Shown here: positions 49,193 through 58,731 of the stretch, piece after piece
How positions within the stretch are numbered: the stretch's first letter is position 1
Layout of the letters: every line of letters begins with the position of its first letter
Assembly (NCBI GenBank): GCA_965223415.1
Contig: OZ245002.1
Location: 1,600,001 to 1,664,000, forward strand
Length of the DNA stretch: 64,000 nt
Reading direction: 5' to 3'
DNA from: Myxococcota bacterium
GTDB taxonomy: Bacteria > Myxococcota_A > UBA9160 > UBA6930
Notes under the pieces: generated by a model
Databases searched by the model: none
What the model was told of the DNA's origin: nothing
Seen by the model: only the letters and a program-made list of their open reading frames with translations
Translations under genes and position numbers: made by a program

Positions 49193-50044
49193 TTATTCCA
49201 ATCTTGTCGCCGGCGCGAGGCCCCAGTCGATTGCGTTGCGCAGCAGGCGCTCGAAGGGCTCCGTCTCCCAAGGGCCGCGGAAGTGCGGGGGCGTCGTCCC
49301 CGCGGCGTCCACGCTGGCGTCGACGAAGGGCTGGATATTGGTCGAAGGCGTGTGGCAGTGGCCCAGGGCGAAGTAGGCCACGGCCCCGGCTCCGTGCTGC
49401 CGGACGTAGCCGAGCACCCGGGTGTGTCCGTCGGATCCGACGGAGGTGTCGTCTCCGTAGGTGAATCCGAACGTTCGGGGCGCCGGGTCGTCGGCCGGGA
49501 GATCGGCGGTCGTGAGCAGCACCCGGGTCTCCGCGGCGGCGCGGAGCTCGAGCAGGTAGAGCTCGTCCATCACCTCGAAGGACGCCGGCAGGCCGCGGGT
49601 CAGGGGATGTCCTTCCTCGTGCACGTCGACCCGGAAGCGCCGGATCGGGGGATGGTTGAGGAAGAAGGCACCGAGCACGTCGTGGTGACGGGCGCTCGAC
49701 AGGGTCCGGCCCGGACGCCCGTCCGGAAGCGGCACCGCCTTGCCGCCGCTCGTGCCGTGGAGGGCGAGCCAGCGCCCTCCCCCGTCGAGCCAGGCGGCCA
49801 GCTCCTCCGCCTGCACCTCGTTCGGGAACGGGCCCGCGACGTAGGTCACGAGTAGGTCGCTCTCCGGCAGCCAGCTCCCGAGGTCCGTGAAGTCCGGCGC
49901 GACGCTCGCCCTCGTCCGGTCGCCCTCCTGCAGCAACGAGAGGATGCGGAGCCGCGCGTAGTCGATGTCGTGGCCCGCGGCGGAGCCGCGCGGGAAGCCG
50001 CCGGCGACGACGTGGGCGCGAGCGGGCGCGGGGGAGGAGGACAT
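49193..50044 (-). CDS. ThuA-like (class I GATase-like) domain protein
   Basis: GGRWLALHG, FLNHPP, HPLTRGLP..DELY and YFALGH motifs. Confidence 0.8.
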   Translation of the reverse strand: MSSSPAPARAHVVAGGFPRGSAAGHDIDYARLRILSLLQEGDRTRASVAPDFTDLGSWLPESDLLVTYVAGPFPNEVQAEELAAWLDGGGRWLALHGTSGGKAVPLPDGRPGRTLSSARHHDVLGAFFLNHPPIRRFRVDVHEEGHPLTRGLPASFEVMDELYLLELRAAAETRVLLTTADLPADDPAPRTFGFTYGDDTSVGSDGHTRVLGYVRQHGAGAVAYFALGHCHTPSTNIQPFVDASVDAAGTTPPHFRGPWETEPFERLLRNAIDWGLAPATRLE

Positions 50045-50122
50045 GGCGGGCGACAGGGTAAAGCGGTACCGGTTCGCGGCAAGTGACCGGATCGGTCACG
50101 GCGCCGAGCCATCCTTCCGGCC

Positions 50123-51169
50123 GTGGCTGGCGTTCGCATCCTGCTGCTCTCGGATACGCACATCGGGTTCGACACACCCCGCCGGCCGCGGGTGGCCCGC
50201 CGGCGCCGGGGGCCGGACTTCCAGGCGTCCTTCGAGCGAGCCCTCGAGCCAGCCCTTCGCGGAGAAGCCGATCTCGTCGTGCATGCCGGCGATCTCTTCC
50301 ACCGCAGCCGGGTGAGCACGGGGGTCGCCGAGCAGGGCCTGGCTCCGCTGCGCCGCGTCGCCGAGTGCGGCGTGCCCGTCTTCCTGGTGCCCGGCAACCA
50401 CGAGCGCTCGCGGATCCCCTTCCCCCTCCTGGCCGCCCATCCGAACCTCCACGTGTTCCACGAGCCGACGACCTTCTCCGGAAGGTGGGGAGGCGTGCGC
50501 GTGGCGGTCGCCGGGTTCCCGTTCGTCCGAAGGATCGGCGGCCGCAGCTTCGCCGAGCAGCTGGCCCGGACCCGCTACGAGGATCACCCGGCGGACGTGC
50601 GGATCCTGTGCCTCCACCAGGCGGTGGAGGGAGCCCGCGTCGGGCCGGCGGACTTCCTGTTCCGGTCCGGAAGCGACGTGATCTCCTGTGCCGAGCTGCC
50701 TGCGGGGTTCGATGCCTTCCTCGTCGGGCACATCCACCGCCACCAGGTGCTGACGCGAGATCTCGGCGGTCGTCCCCTTTGTGCGCCGGTACTGTTCTGC
50801 GGATCCACCGAGCGCACGTCCTTCGCCGAGCAGCACGAGCGCAAGGGAGCGCTGCGCGTCCATGCCGCTCCGGGCCGACCCGTTCGCTGGCGCTTCGATC
50901 CGCTGCCGACGCGGCCGATGCTCACCCTGCCCCTGGCCGCGGGTGGCAGCGCGGCCGAGCGGCTACGGCTGCTGCTCAGCGGCTGTCCGCCGGACGCGAT
51001 CGTGCGCATCGATCTGCAAGGGCCGGGCACGCTGCCGAGCCTGGCTCGGATCCGGGCCCTCGCGCCGGGAATGAACGTGAGCCTGTCGCGCTCGCCAGTC
51101 GGCGCGGCGCCTGCGGCCACGCCTTCCCTGGATCGCCGTCAGCTGCCGCCGCTGCGAGCACGCAGGTAG
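50123..51169 (+). CDS. SbcD/Mre11-like metallophosphoesterase
   Basis: SDTHIG, HAGDLFH, PGNHE, GHIH and GSTERTSFAE motifs. Confidence 0.85.
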   Translation: MAGVRILLLSDTHIGFDTPRRPRVARRRRGPDFQASFERALEPALRGEADLVVHAGDLFHRSRVSTGVAEQGLAPLRRVAECGVPVFLVPGNHERSRIPFPLLAAHPNLHVFHEPTTFSGRWGGVRVAVAGFPFVRRIGGRSFAEQLARTRYEDHPADVRILCLHQAVEGARVGPADFLFRSGSDVISCAELPAGFDAFLVGHIHRHQVLTRDLGGRPLCAPVLFCGSTERTSFAEQHERKGALRVHAAPGRPVRWRFDPLPTRPMLTLPLAAGGSAAERLRLLLSGCPPDAIVRIDLQGPGTLPSLARIRALAPGMNVSLSRSPVGAAPAATPSLDRRQLPPLRARR

Positions 51170-51909
51170 TCGCGGCGCGCGGCAGCACACTCCGGGTCGC
51201 TGAATGCGGTCACGAGGCCGTCCGCGTCGGACCAGCTGCGCATGGTGCCCACCATCTGGTCGGTCACCGCGTTCACGTGGCGCTTGGTGGAGACGAGCGC
51301 GTGAGCCGGCTTCGAGGCGAGGGTGCGCGCCAGGGTCAGGGCCTCGTCGTCGAGCTGCGCCGCGGGCACGACGCGGTTCAGGAAGCCGGCCGCGCGGGCC
51401 TCCTCGGCGTCGAAGGGCCGGCAGGTGAGCACGAGCTCCTTGGTGAGGGCCGGGCCGATCTCGCGCACGAGGCGCGGTATGCCGCCCCAGGCGAGGGGAA
51501 TGCCCAGGTCCACCTCCGGGATCGAGAAACGCGCCTCCTCGGCGGCGATCCTCAGGTCACAGGCCGCCGCCAGCACGAGCCCTCCGCCCACGCACCACCC
51601 ATGGATCTTCGCGATGGTCAGCGCCCGCATGCCCTCGAGGGCCTCGGCCATGACCCGACCCCGGTCGGCCGCATCCCGGGTCGACCCCTCCTGGGGCCCC
51701 TGGAACGTCGAGAGGTCGGCCCCCGCCGAGAAGGCGCGCCCGGCTCCCTCCACGAGGACCACTTTCACGTCGGGCTGCTCGTCGAACCAATGCGCGGCAA
51801 GGGCAAGCTCGCCGAGCGTCTCGGTCGAGAGGGGGTTGAGCTTCTCGGGGCGATCGAGGACGAGGCGTCCGAGGGCGCCGTCGGCTGCGGTGCGAAGGGT
51901 CTGGAACAT
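51139..51909 (-). CDS. Enoyl-CoA hydratase/isomerase
   Basis: DRPEKLN, FSAGAD, HGWCVGGG and PEVDLG motifs. Confidence 0.9.
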   Translation of the reverse strand: MFQTLRTAADGALGRLVLDRPEKLNPLSTETLGELALAAHWFDEQPDVKVVLVEGAGRAFSAGADLSTFQGPQEGSTRDAADRGRVMAEALEGMRALTIAKIHGWCVGGGLVLAAACDLRIAAEEARFSIPEVDLGIPLAWGGIPRLVREIGPALTKELVLTCRPFDAEEARAAGFLNRVVPAAQLDDEALTLARTLASKPAHALVSTKRHVNAVTDQMVGTMRSWSDADGLVTAFSDPECAAARRDYLRARSGGS

Positions 51910-51962
51910 CTGGGCTCCTCCGGGGCCGAGCCTACCACTGCCGGGGCGGCCGACGTGGTAGC

Positions 51963-52739
51963 GTGGCCGGTCTCTTCATGTTCAGCGACTTCACCCTGCC
52001 GCTCTGGCTGCTCAAGCTCGGCGCGCTCGTCAACCTCGGCTTCCTGGCGAACACATGGGCGCTGCCGTCGGACACGCCCGGTGCGCTGGTCGTCCTCCCG
52101 GCGCAGGTGCTGTTCGCCGTGTCCGCCTACCGCTGCCTCTTCCCGGTCTGGTACAAGGACAACGTCGTCTTCCACGCCTCCCCCCTCTCGTCGGTCTTCC
52201 TGACCCGGCTGCTCGCCACCTTCTCCGAGGTGGCCTTCATCTTCCTCTTCTCCCAGGTGGTCCGGCTGCTCAACGTCGACCGGGTGGGTTGGGTGGACGC
52301 GCTCTCCTGGCTGATGGTGCTGCAGGTCGTGGTGTCCCAGGGCTGCGTGTGGTGGGCCATCCTGACCGGACGGCTCGCCTACTACGTCTACGAGGAGCTC
52401 GGGTGGCTCGTCATCTTCGCAGCGAACACCGCGGCCAGCGCCTACCTCTACGCGACCGTCGAGCCGCCCGGCCGTGGGGAGATTCTCCTCCAGCTGAACC
52501 TGCTCTTCGGCGCGGTGTACCTGCCGTGGCAGCTCCTGCACCTCCGGGCGCTGCGTCGCGATGCGATCGCAGCGGGGCTCGTCGCAGGCGGTCTCTCCCG
52601 CTCCATCCACGAGAGGAACCGGACGAGTGACGCCACGGCGTGGGGCGGCCTCATCGGCCTCACCTGGATGGTGGCCTACTGGGCGACCCTGATCCCGATG
52701 TGGGTTCACCAGGTCGTCGTGGTCCTGGCTGCCGCCTAG
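51963..52739 (+). CDS. Multi-pass membrane protein of unknown function
   Basis: About 7 hydrophobic segments; coding-like codon usage. Confidence 0.7.
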   Translation: MAGLFMFSDFTLPLWLLKLGALVNLGFLANTWALPSDTPGALVVLPAQVLFAVSAYRCLFPVWYKDNVVFHASPLSSVFLTRLLATFSEVAFIFLFSQVVRLLNVDRVGWVDALSWLMVLQVVVSQGCVWWAILTGRLAYYVYEELGWLVIFAANTAASAYLYATVEPPGRGEILLQLNLLFGAVYLPWQLLHLRALRRDAIAAGLVAGGLSRSIHERNRTSDATAWGGLIGLTWMVAYWATLIPMWVHQVVVVLAAA

Positions 52740-53629
52740 GACCGCTCCGCGGCGAGCTCCTCGAAGTACGATCGGAGCGTCGTGGTCCCTACGCTCGGCG
52801 CGACGCCGTCGATCTCTCCCGCGGTGACGATGAACTCGACGAGATCTCCGAACTGCCGGTTCAGCAGGCCGACGAGCTTCACGCCGCCGCGCATCAGCCC
52901 CATCGGGAGCACGATGATCTTCGGTGGCTTGCCGAGCACCTCGAAGGCCAGCTCGGCCGCCTGCCGCTGGGTCATCGTGTCGGGGCCGCCGGCACCGATC
53001 TCGGCTTCGTCGGATTCCATCGCCCGGACACAGACCTCGGCCAGGCCGGGGCCGTGGATCGGATTGAAGCGGTTCGTTCCCTTCCCGACCAGGAAGGAGC
53101 GGCCCTTCCGCGCCATGTCCATCAGCACGCCCATGTCCGAGAAGTAGCCGGAAGGCCGGACGATGCAGTGGGGCAGCCCCGATTCCCGGAGCGCCTCCAC
53201 CACCTTCTCGTGGGCGCGGACGATCTCCAGGTGGCGGATCTCCTCTTGTCCCCAAAGCGAGACGTAGACGAACTTCGCCACGCCGGCCCGCTTGGCCAGC
53301 TCCACCAGCCGCCGGTTGGCCTGGTGATCGACCTGCTCGAAGGTCAGGCCGTCGCGCTGGCGGGAGATGCCGATCGACGAGAAGACGAGGTCCACGCCGT
53401 CCATCAGCCCGTCCAGGGTCTCCGGCTTCGTCACCTCGCCGACCAAGACCTCCGGGGCCCACTCGGCCACGGCCGGAGCGCCGAAAGGGCCGGTCTCGCC
53501 GAGCCGCGCCGCGCTGCGCGTCAGCGCGCGGACGCGGAAGCCGTGCCGGGCGAAGGCCCGGACCGCGAACCTTCCGAGATACCCCGTCGATCCGGCGACC
53601 AGGACCACCCTGCCCTGCCCGTTCTCCAT
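52736..53629 (-). CDS. Atypical SDR / NAD(P)-binding oxidoreductase
   Basis: VAGSTGYLG and IVRPSGYFSD motifs. Confidence 0.85.
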   Translation of the reverse strand: MENGQGRVVLVAGSTGYLGRFAVRAFARHGFRVRALTRSAARLGETGPFGAPAVAEWAPEVLVGEVTKPETLDGLMDGVDLVFSSIGISRQRDGLTFEQVDHQANRRLVELAKRAGVAKFVYVSLWGQEEIRHLEIVRAHEKVVEALRESGLPHCIVRPSGYFSDMGVLMDMARKGRSFLVGKGTNRFNPIHGPGLAEVCVRAMESDEAEIGAGGPDTMTQRQAAELAFEVLGKPPKIIVLPMGLMRGGVKLVGLLNRQFGDLVEFIVTAGEIDGVAPSVGTTTLRSYFEELAAERS

Positions 53630-53674
53630 GGCCCCTCCCGGTGATTTCCGCGAGATTGAGTCTGTAAAAGCGAT

Positions 53675-53688
53675 TTTAACATGTTAAA
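53675..53688. promoter_or_regulatory. Palindromic operator TTTAACATGTTAAA
   Basis: Perfect 14-bp palindrome upstream of the P450-Rieske genes; two related sites at 57968 and 57987. Confidence 0.7.
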
Positions 53689-53712
53689 GTCCTCGGAGAC
53701 AAGGAGGACGCG

Positions 53713-54972
53713 ATGAGCGAGGTGTCCCTGGACGGATACAACCCTATGGATCCGGCCACCCAGCAGGATCCCTTCCCCCACTACAAGGCCCTGCGCGACC
53801 AGGCGCCCGTCCATCGGGGGCCGAACGGGATCTTCTTCGTGTCCCGGCACGAGGCAGTGCAGGAGGTCCTGCGCCAGCCGAATACCTTCTCCTCCCAGTG
53901 GTTCAACACGGCCGCTCCGCCCCCGGTCCCCGGAGCGGAGAAGGAGCTCGAGGAGATCCTGAAGGACGGCTACCCCGCGGTGAGCACCATGCTCACCCTG
54001 GATCCGCCCCTGCAGACCCGTTACCGGAAGACGGTCGGCCGGGCGTTCTCGACGAAGCGGATCGAATCCCTGGAGCCGCGGATCCGCGAGCTCACGGTGG
54101 AGCTGCTCGAGGCGTGGCCCGAGCAGGGGCGCGTCGACTTCATGCGCCAGCTCTCCAACCCGCTCCCGGTACGGGTGATCGCCCATGCCCTGTGCATTCC
54201 CCTCGAGCGCGAGGACGACGTCAAGCGCTGGTCCGACGACTCGGTCGCCGCCATCGGCGTCAAGATCACCAGGGAGCGCGGCCTCGAGGTCGCGCGTAGC
54301 ATCGTCCGCATGCAGAACTACCTGGCGTCGCTGATCGAGGATCGACAGAGGGAGCCGCGGGACGACTTCCTGAGCGATCTCGTCCAGGTCGACTTCGAGG
54401 ACGGCGAGGGCCGGAGGCGGCAGCTCGAGATCCCGGAGATGCTGAGCATCCTCCAGCAGCTGATGGTGGCAGGCAACGAGGCCACGACCAAGGGCATCAA
54501 CGAGATCCTGAAGCTCCTGATCCAGAACCCGGACGAGTGGAAGCGCATCCAGGAGGACCCGACGCGCATCCCCGTCATGGCCGACGAGGGCCTGCGGCTG
54601 GCGAGCCCCAACCAGGGGCTCTTCCGCCTGTGCACGGAAGACAGCGAGGTGGCGGGAACGCCGATCCCGAAGGGCTCGATGCTCTGGGTGATGTTCGGCT
54701 CCGCCAACCGCGACGAGAGGGTGTTCCCGGATCCGGACCACTTCGACCCCGATCGCCCGAACCTGAACGAGAGCTTCGCTTTCGGGCGCGGCGCCCACTT
54801 CTGCATCGGCGCGCCGCTGGCGCGGCTCGAGCTCCGGGTGCTCTTCGAGGAGCTCTCCCGCCGGATCGAGACCGTGGCCTTCGCCCCCGGCACGACACTG
54901 CGGTACGAGCCGAGCTTCATCCTTCGGGGCCTCGAATCGCTGGAGATCGAGATCACGAAGCGGGCTGCCTGA
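53713..54972 (+). CDS. Cytochrome P450
   Basis: AGNEAT, EGLR and FGRGAHFCIG motifs; AAGGAGG RBS. Confidence 0.95.
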   Translation: MSEVSLDGYNPMDPATQQDPFPHYKALRDQAPVHRGPNGIFFVSRHEAVQEVLRQPNTFSSQWFNTAAPPPVPGAEKELEEILKDGYPAVSTMLTLDPPLQTRYRKTVGRAFSTKRIESLEPRIRELTVELLEAWPEQGRVDFMRQLSNPLPVRVIAHALCIPLEREDDVKRWSDDSVAAIGVKITRERGLEVARSIVRMQNYLASLIEDRQREPRDDFLSDLVQVDFEDGEGRRRQLEIPEMLSILQQLMVAGNEATTKGINEILKLLIQNPDEWKRIQEDPTRIPVMADEGLRLASPNQGLFRLCTEDSEVAGTPIPKGSMLWVMFGSANRDERVFPDPDHFDPDRPNLNESFAFGRGAHFCIGAPLARLELRVLFEELSRRIETVAFAPGTTLRYEPSFILRGLESLEIEITKRAA

Positions 54973-54998
54973 TCGGATCCAACGAGTAGGAGATAGCC

Positions 54999-56543
54999 GT
55001 GACGGAAACGACCACCGGAACCAACCGTTCCGCCGGAACGACCTATCAAGAGCTGCTCGAGCGCGATAGCCACCCGGTGCCCGAGATCTTCCGCACCGAG
55101 TCGCCGATGCCGCCGGGCCCGACGCGGGTGCCGGTGGAGCGATACGTCTCGAAGGAGTTCCACGATCTCGAGGTGGAGCGGCTCTGGAAGCGGGTCTGGC
55201 AGATGGCCTGCCACGAGGACGACATCCCGGACGTGGGCGACTACCTCGTCTACGACATCGCCGACCTCTCCTTCCTGATCGTCCGCACCGGCGAGCGGGC
55301 GTTCAAGGCCTACTACAACGCGTGCCTGCACCGGGGCCGCCTGCTCCGCGAGGAGCGCGGCAAGTGGGCACGGGAGCTGCGCTGCCCCTTCCACGGCTGG
55401 AGCTGGAACCTGGACGGCTCCCTGAAGGAGGTCCCCTGTCAGTGGGACTTTCCCACCGTCGACGCGGCGGACTTCTGCCTGCCGGAGGCCCAGGTGGGCC
55501 GCTGGGGCGGCTTCGTGTTCATCAACCCCGACGAGAACGCGGAGCCCCTGGAGGAGCACCTCGGGGACCTCGACGCGCACTTCCCGATCCTGCCCTACGC
55601 CGATCGCATCAAGGTGGCCCACGTCGCCAAGATCCTGCGCTGCAATTGGAAGGCGGCCCAGGAGGCCTTCTCCGAGGCGTACCACGTGGTGGCGACACAC
55701 CCGACCATCCTGGGCGGGATCGGGGACGCGAACTCCCAATACGACGTGTTCGGAAACGTCAGCCGCGCGCTGTCGCCGAACGGGCTCCCGAGCCCCCACC
55801 TCACCGGGTTGCCGAAGCCGGAGCCGCTGCCGGACGGGCGCTTCTACACCAAGCTACGCCACCCCCTGAGCGGAGCACTCTACGAGCGGGTGAGCGAAGG
55901 CAGGGTGCAGGTGACGACGCGGGACGGACGCACCGGGCTCTTCGGCGCCGATGGCCTGCGCATCGAAGGCGACCTGGGGCAGGTCGATCCGAACATGTGC
56001 GACTGGATCGGTGGGAAGCAGCTACCCGACGCCGAGGGCCTGCCGCTTCCGGAAGGGATGCCGGAGGCGGATCCCCCGGAGGTCCGGGCCGCCATGGCGG
56101 CGCCGCGCCGGGAGGCCTTCCGCCAGCTGCTGGGCGACCGCATGGACCAGGTCTGCGATGCGGAGCTGGTCGACTCGATCTACCTCACCGTGTTCCCGAA
56201 CTTCCACCCCTGGGGCTCGTTCAACCAGGTCGTCTATCGCTTCCGCCCGCACGGGAGCAACCCGCACGAGTGCATCCACGAGTGCATGTACTTCGCACCG
56301 GCGCCGGAGGGCGAGCGGCCGCCGGCGCCGCCGATCCACTGGCTCGGCCCCGACGACGATTGGGTCGACGCCCCGGAGCTCGGGATGCTGGCGAAGGTGT
56401 TCAACCAGGACGTGGCGAACCTGCCCTCGGTCCAGCGCGGGCTCAAGACGATGAAGCAGCCCTTCGTCATCTTCGGCGACTACGGCGAGACGAAGGTCCG
56501 CCACTTCCACGAGCTGCTCGAGAAGTGGATCACGCGGGACTGA
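54999..56543 (+). CDS. Rieske aromatic-ring-hydroxylating oxygenase, alpha subunit
   Basis: CLHRG..CPFHGW Rieske motif; EAYHVVATH mononuclear Fe site; NQD. Confidence 0.92.
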   Translation: MTETTTGTNRSAGTTYQELLERDSHPVPEIFRTESPMPPGPTRVPVERYVSKEFHDLEVERLWKRVWQMACHEDDIPDVGDYLVYDIADLSFLIVRTGERAFKAYYNACLHRGRLLREERGKWARELRCPFHGWSWNLDGSLKEVPCQWDFPTVDAADFCLPEAQVGRWGGFVFINPDENAEPLEEHLGDLDAHFPILPYADRIKVAHVAKILRCNWKAAQEAFSEAYHVVATHPTILGGIGDANSQYDVFGNVSRALSPNGLPSPHLTGLPKPEPLPDGRFYTKLRHPLSGALYERVSEGRVQVTTRDGRTGLFGADGLRIEGDLGQVDPNMCDWIGGKQLPDAEGLPLPEGMPEADPPEVRAAMAAPRREAFRQLLGDRMDQVCDAELVDSIYLTVFPNFHPWGSFNQVVYRFRPHGSNPHECIHECMYFAPAPEGERPPAPPIHWLGPDDDWVDAPELGMLAKVFNQDVANLPSVQRGLKTMKQPFVIFGDYGETKVRHFHELLEKWITRD

Positions 56544-56571
56544 GGCGTCGGGCTCGGCGGGCCCGGTGGGC

Positions 56572-57918
56572 TCAGGCCGGATCGGGGATCCAGCTGCCGT
56601 GGAAGCCGAAGGGCACCCGCTGCGGGAGCTTGACCCGGGCGACCGGCGGGCCGGTGAAGTTCGTGGCATCGGCGATCACGAACTCGCTCTTGCCGCTGCC
56701 GTCGTCGTAGACGTAGGTCATCACCCAGCCCTCGTCGCTGTTCGGGTCGGCGCCAGACGCGGACACGAACACGGGCTCGCCGGGGTTGCGGCCCTCGCCG
56801 CAGGGGTGCAGCTCGGTCGTTCCCTTCTCGTGGTCGAACTTGTAGTGGCCGATGAAGGACGACATCGAGCCCGCCTGCTGCTGGCCGAAGGCCAGGGTGT
56901 AGGCGTAGCGGTTCTTGAGGCCGACCCGACCGTCGGCGACTCGCGGGAACTCCATGCCCCGATCGTCCAGCGCCTCCTCCTTCACGTTGCCCGTGGCCAG
57001 GTCGAAGGTGTAGCGGTGGAGGGTGAGCTTCGTGTTCTCGCCCATCATGTCGCCGGCCTCGCGCCACACCTCGCTCATGCGGATGGCGTCGTAGACGACC
57101 TTGTCGCCTTCGTCCCAGGCGTTCATGGCGTGGAAGATGTAGCAGGGCTCGATGTCGAACCACTTGACGTCGGCGTTCGTGCCCGTGCGCGGCATGAGGC
57201 CGATGCGGGCGTCGTAGTCGTCGCTCCAGCTGAAGGGCATCGTACCCGCGAGAGCTGCCTGGAGGTCGAAGACCACCGGCAGGTCCATGAAGATGGCCCG
57301 CTTCTCCGTGATCATGAAGTCGTGCATCATCGTCGGGCCGGGGACGTCGATCACCTCGCTCTGCACGAGCTTCCCGTCCGGGCTCACCCGGTAGTAGATG
57401 AGGTAGGGCGGGAACTGCGCATAGCCGAAGCCCAGCATCTCTCCCGTCACCGGACAGGTGTGCGGGTGGGCGGTGAAGGCGGTGGTGAGCTTGCCGTCGA
57501 AGGTCATGCAGCCGACGGTCTCGAGCTCGGCGTCGAGCTCGTAGGGGAAGGAGCCCTCTTCCAGGGCGAGGATCCGGCCACCGTGCCCGACCACGTGGGT
57601 GTTCGCGGCGGAGACGTCGTGGTGGATCACGCCGTCGTCGGTGACGCGCTTGGCGTCCGGGTCGTCGAGCATCGTCGTGTGCACGTAGCGGTTCCGGTAC
57701 CAGGAAGCGGCCCCGTTCTCGATGCGGACGCCGTGGACCATGCCGTTGCCCATGAACCAGTGCTCGGACTGGCCCGTCGCCGGGTTGGAGCCGTTCCGCG
57801 CGTACATCCCGCAGAGCTCCGGCGGAATCGACCCCACCACCTCGAGATCGGTGGCGGTCAGCTCCTCCTCGATGGGCGCGAAGTTTCCCTGGAGGTGAAA
57901 CGGCTTGTCTTCGGACAT
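56572..57918 (-). CDS. Carotenoid/lignostilbene cleavage oxygenase family
   Basis: RNGSNP, four Fe-His (TAHP, MHDF, FHAMN, GFHGSW) and EFPR. Confidence 0.92.
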   Translation of the reverse strand: MSEDKPFHLQGNFAPIEEELTATDLEVVGSIPPELCGMYARNGSNPATGQSEHWFMGNGMVHGVRIENGAASWYRNRYVHTTMLDDPDAKRVTDDGVIHHDVSAANTHVVGHGGRILALEEGSFPYELDAELETVGCMTFDGKLTTAFTAHPHTCPVTGEMLGFGYAQFPPYLIYYRVSPDGKLVQSEVIDVPGPTMMHDFMITEKRAIFMDLPVVFDLQAALAGTMPFSWSDDYDARIGLMPRTGTNADVKWFDIEPCYIFHAMNAWDEGDKVVYDAIRMSEVWREAGDMMGENTKLTLHRYTFDLATGNVKEEALDDRGMEFPRVADGRVGLKNRYAYTLAFGQQQAGSMSSFIGHYKFDHEKGTTELHPCGEGRNPGEPVFVSASGADPNSDEGWVMTYVYDDGSGKSEFVIADATNFTGPPVARVKLPQRVPFGFHGSWIPDPA

Positions 57919-57967
57919 ACTGGCTCCCGTCTTCCGGGCGGGCGGATGCCGCCGGTTGATCCTGGAC

Positions 57968-58000
57968 TTTAGCATGTTCAATTCGATATAACATGTTGAA
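57968..58000. promoter_or_regulatory. Two tandem operators TTTAGCATGTTCAA and TATAACATGTTGAA
   Basis: Match the 53675 palindrome; lie between the divergent oxygenase and tetR genes. Confidence 0.7.
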
Positions 58001-58001
58001 A

Positions 58002-58685
58002 ATGAGCCTGATGGACGAGCAGATGCGGGAGCGCCGCGGACGGATCCTGGAGACCGCCCGGGAGCTGCTCGCCGAGCGCGGCTACGCGGCCGTCACCGTG
58101 CGCGAGCTGGCGGAGCGCTGCGGCGTCTCCGTGCCCACGCTCTACAACCGCTTCGAGAGCAAGGACGCGCTGATCGCCGAGGCGGTGCAGGACCACTTCC
58201 ACACGATCCTGCGCGCCGCCAGCTCGGGCGACGAAGCGCCCGGCCAGGAGCGGCTGCTCGCCATCGTCGGGCGGTGCGTCGAAGAGGTGACCCGACTCTC
58301 CGACTATCATCGCGCGCTCCTGTCCGCCTTCGCGCGGGCCCCCGAGACCGGGCCCCTCCACTTGACTCTCGCGGCCGACCTGGTCTCGGCGGTGTCCGCG
58401 GAGCTCGCGACGATGGCGAGGCGTCGGCAGCTCGCCGAGTGGGTCCGCGTCGACCAGCTCGCGGCCCAGATCACGACGGCCTGCATCAGCGCCGCCATGG
58501 CCTGGGCTGCCGGGGGCGTGGTCGACGCGCGCATCCGCGCCTTCGCCGAGCAGTCGGTCGGCCTGATGCTCCTGGGCGTCGTGCGCGGCGCGGCGCGCGA
58601 CCGGCTCGAGGAGCGCCTGCAGGCCGGCCAGGTGGTTCTCGCGGGCGCTGCGGCGGGCGTCCCGGCCGAGGCCAGCGCGGGCTAG
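58002..58685 (+). CDS. TetR/AcrR family regulator
   Basis: RILETARELLAERGY..TVRELAERCGVSVPTLYNRFESK HTH. Confidence 0.9.
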   Translation: MSLMDEQMRERRGRILETARELLAERGYAAVTVRELAERCGVSVPTLYNRFESKDALIAEAVQDHFHTILRAASSGDEAPGQERLLAIVGRCVEEVTRLSDYHRALLSAFARAPETGPLHLTLAADLVSAVSAELATMARRRQLAEWVRVDQLAAQITTACISAAMAWAAGGVVDARIRAFAEQSVGLMLLGVVRGAARDRLEERLQAGQVVLAGAAAGVPAEASAG

Positions 58686-58731
58686 GCCGGCACGGCCCAG
58701 CACCCTGCGTTTCCCGGTACGTTTCCACGCG

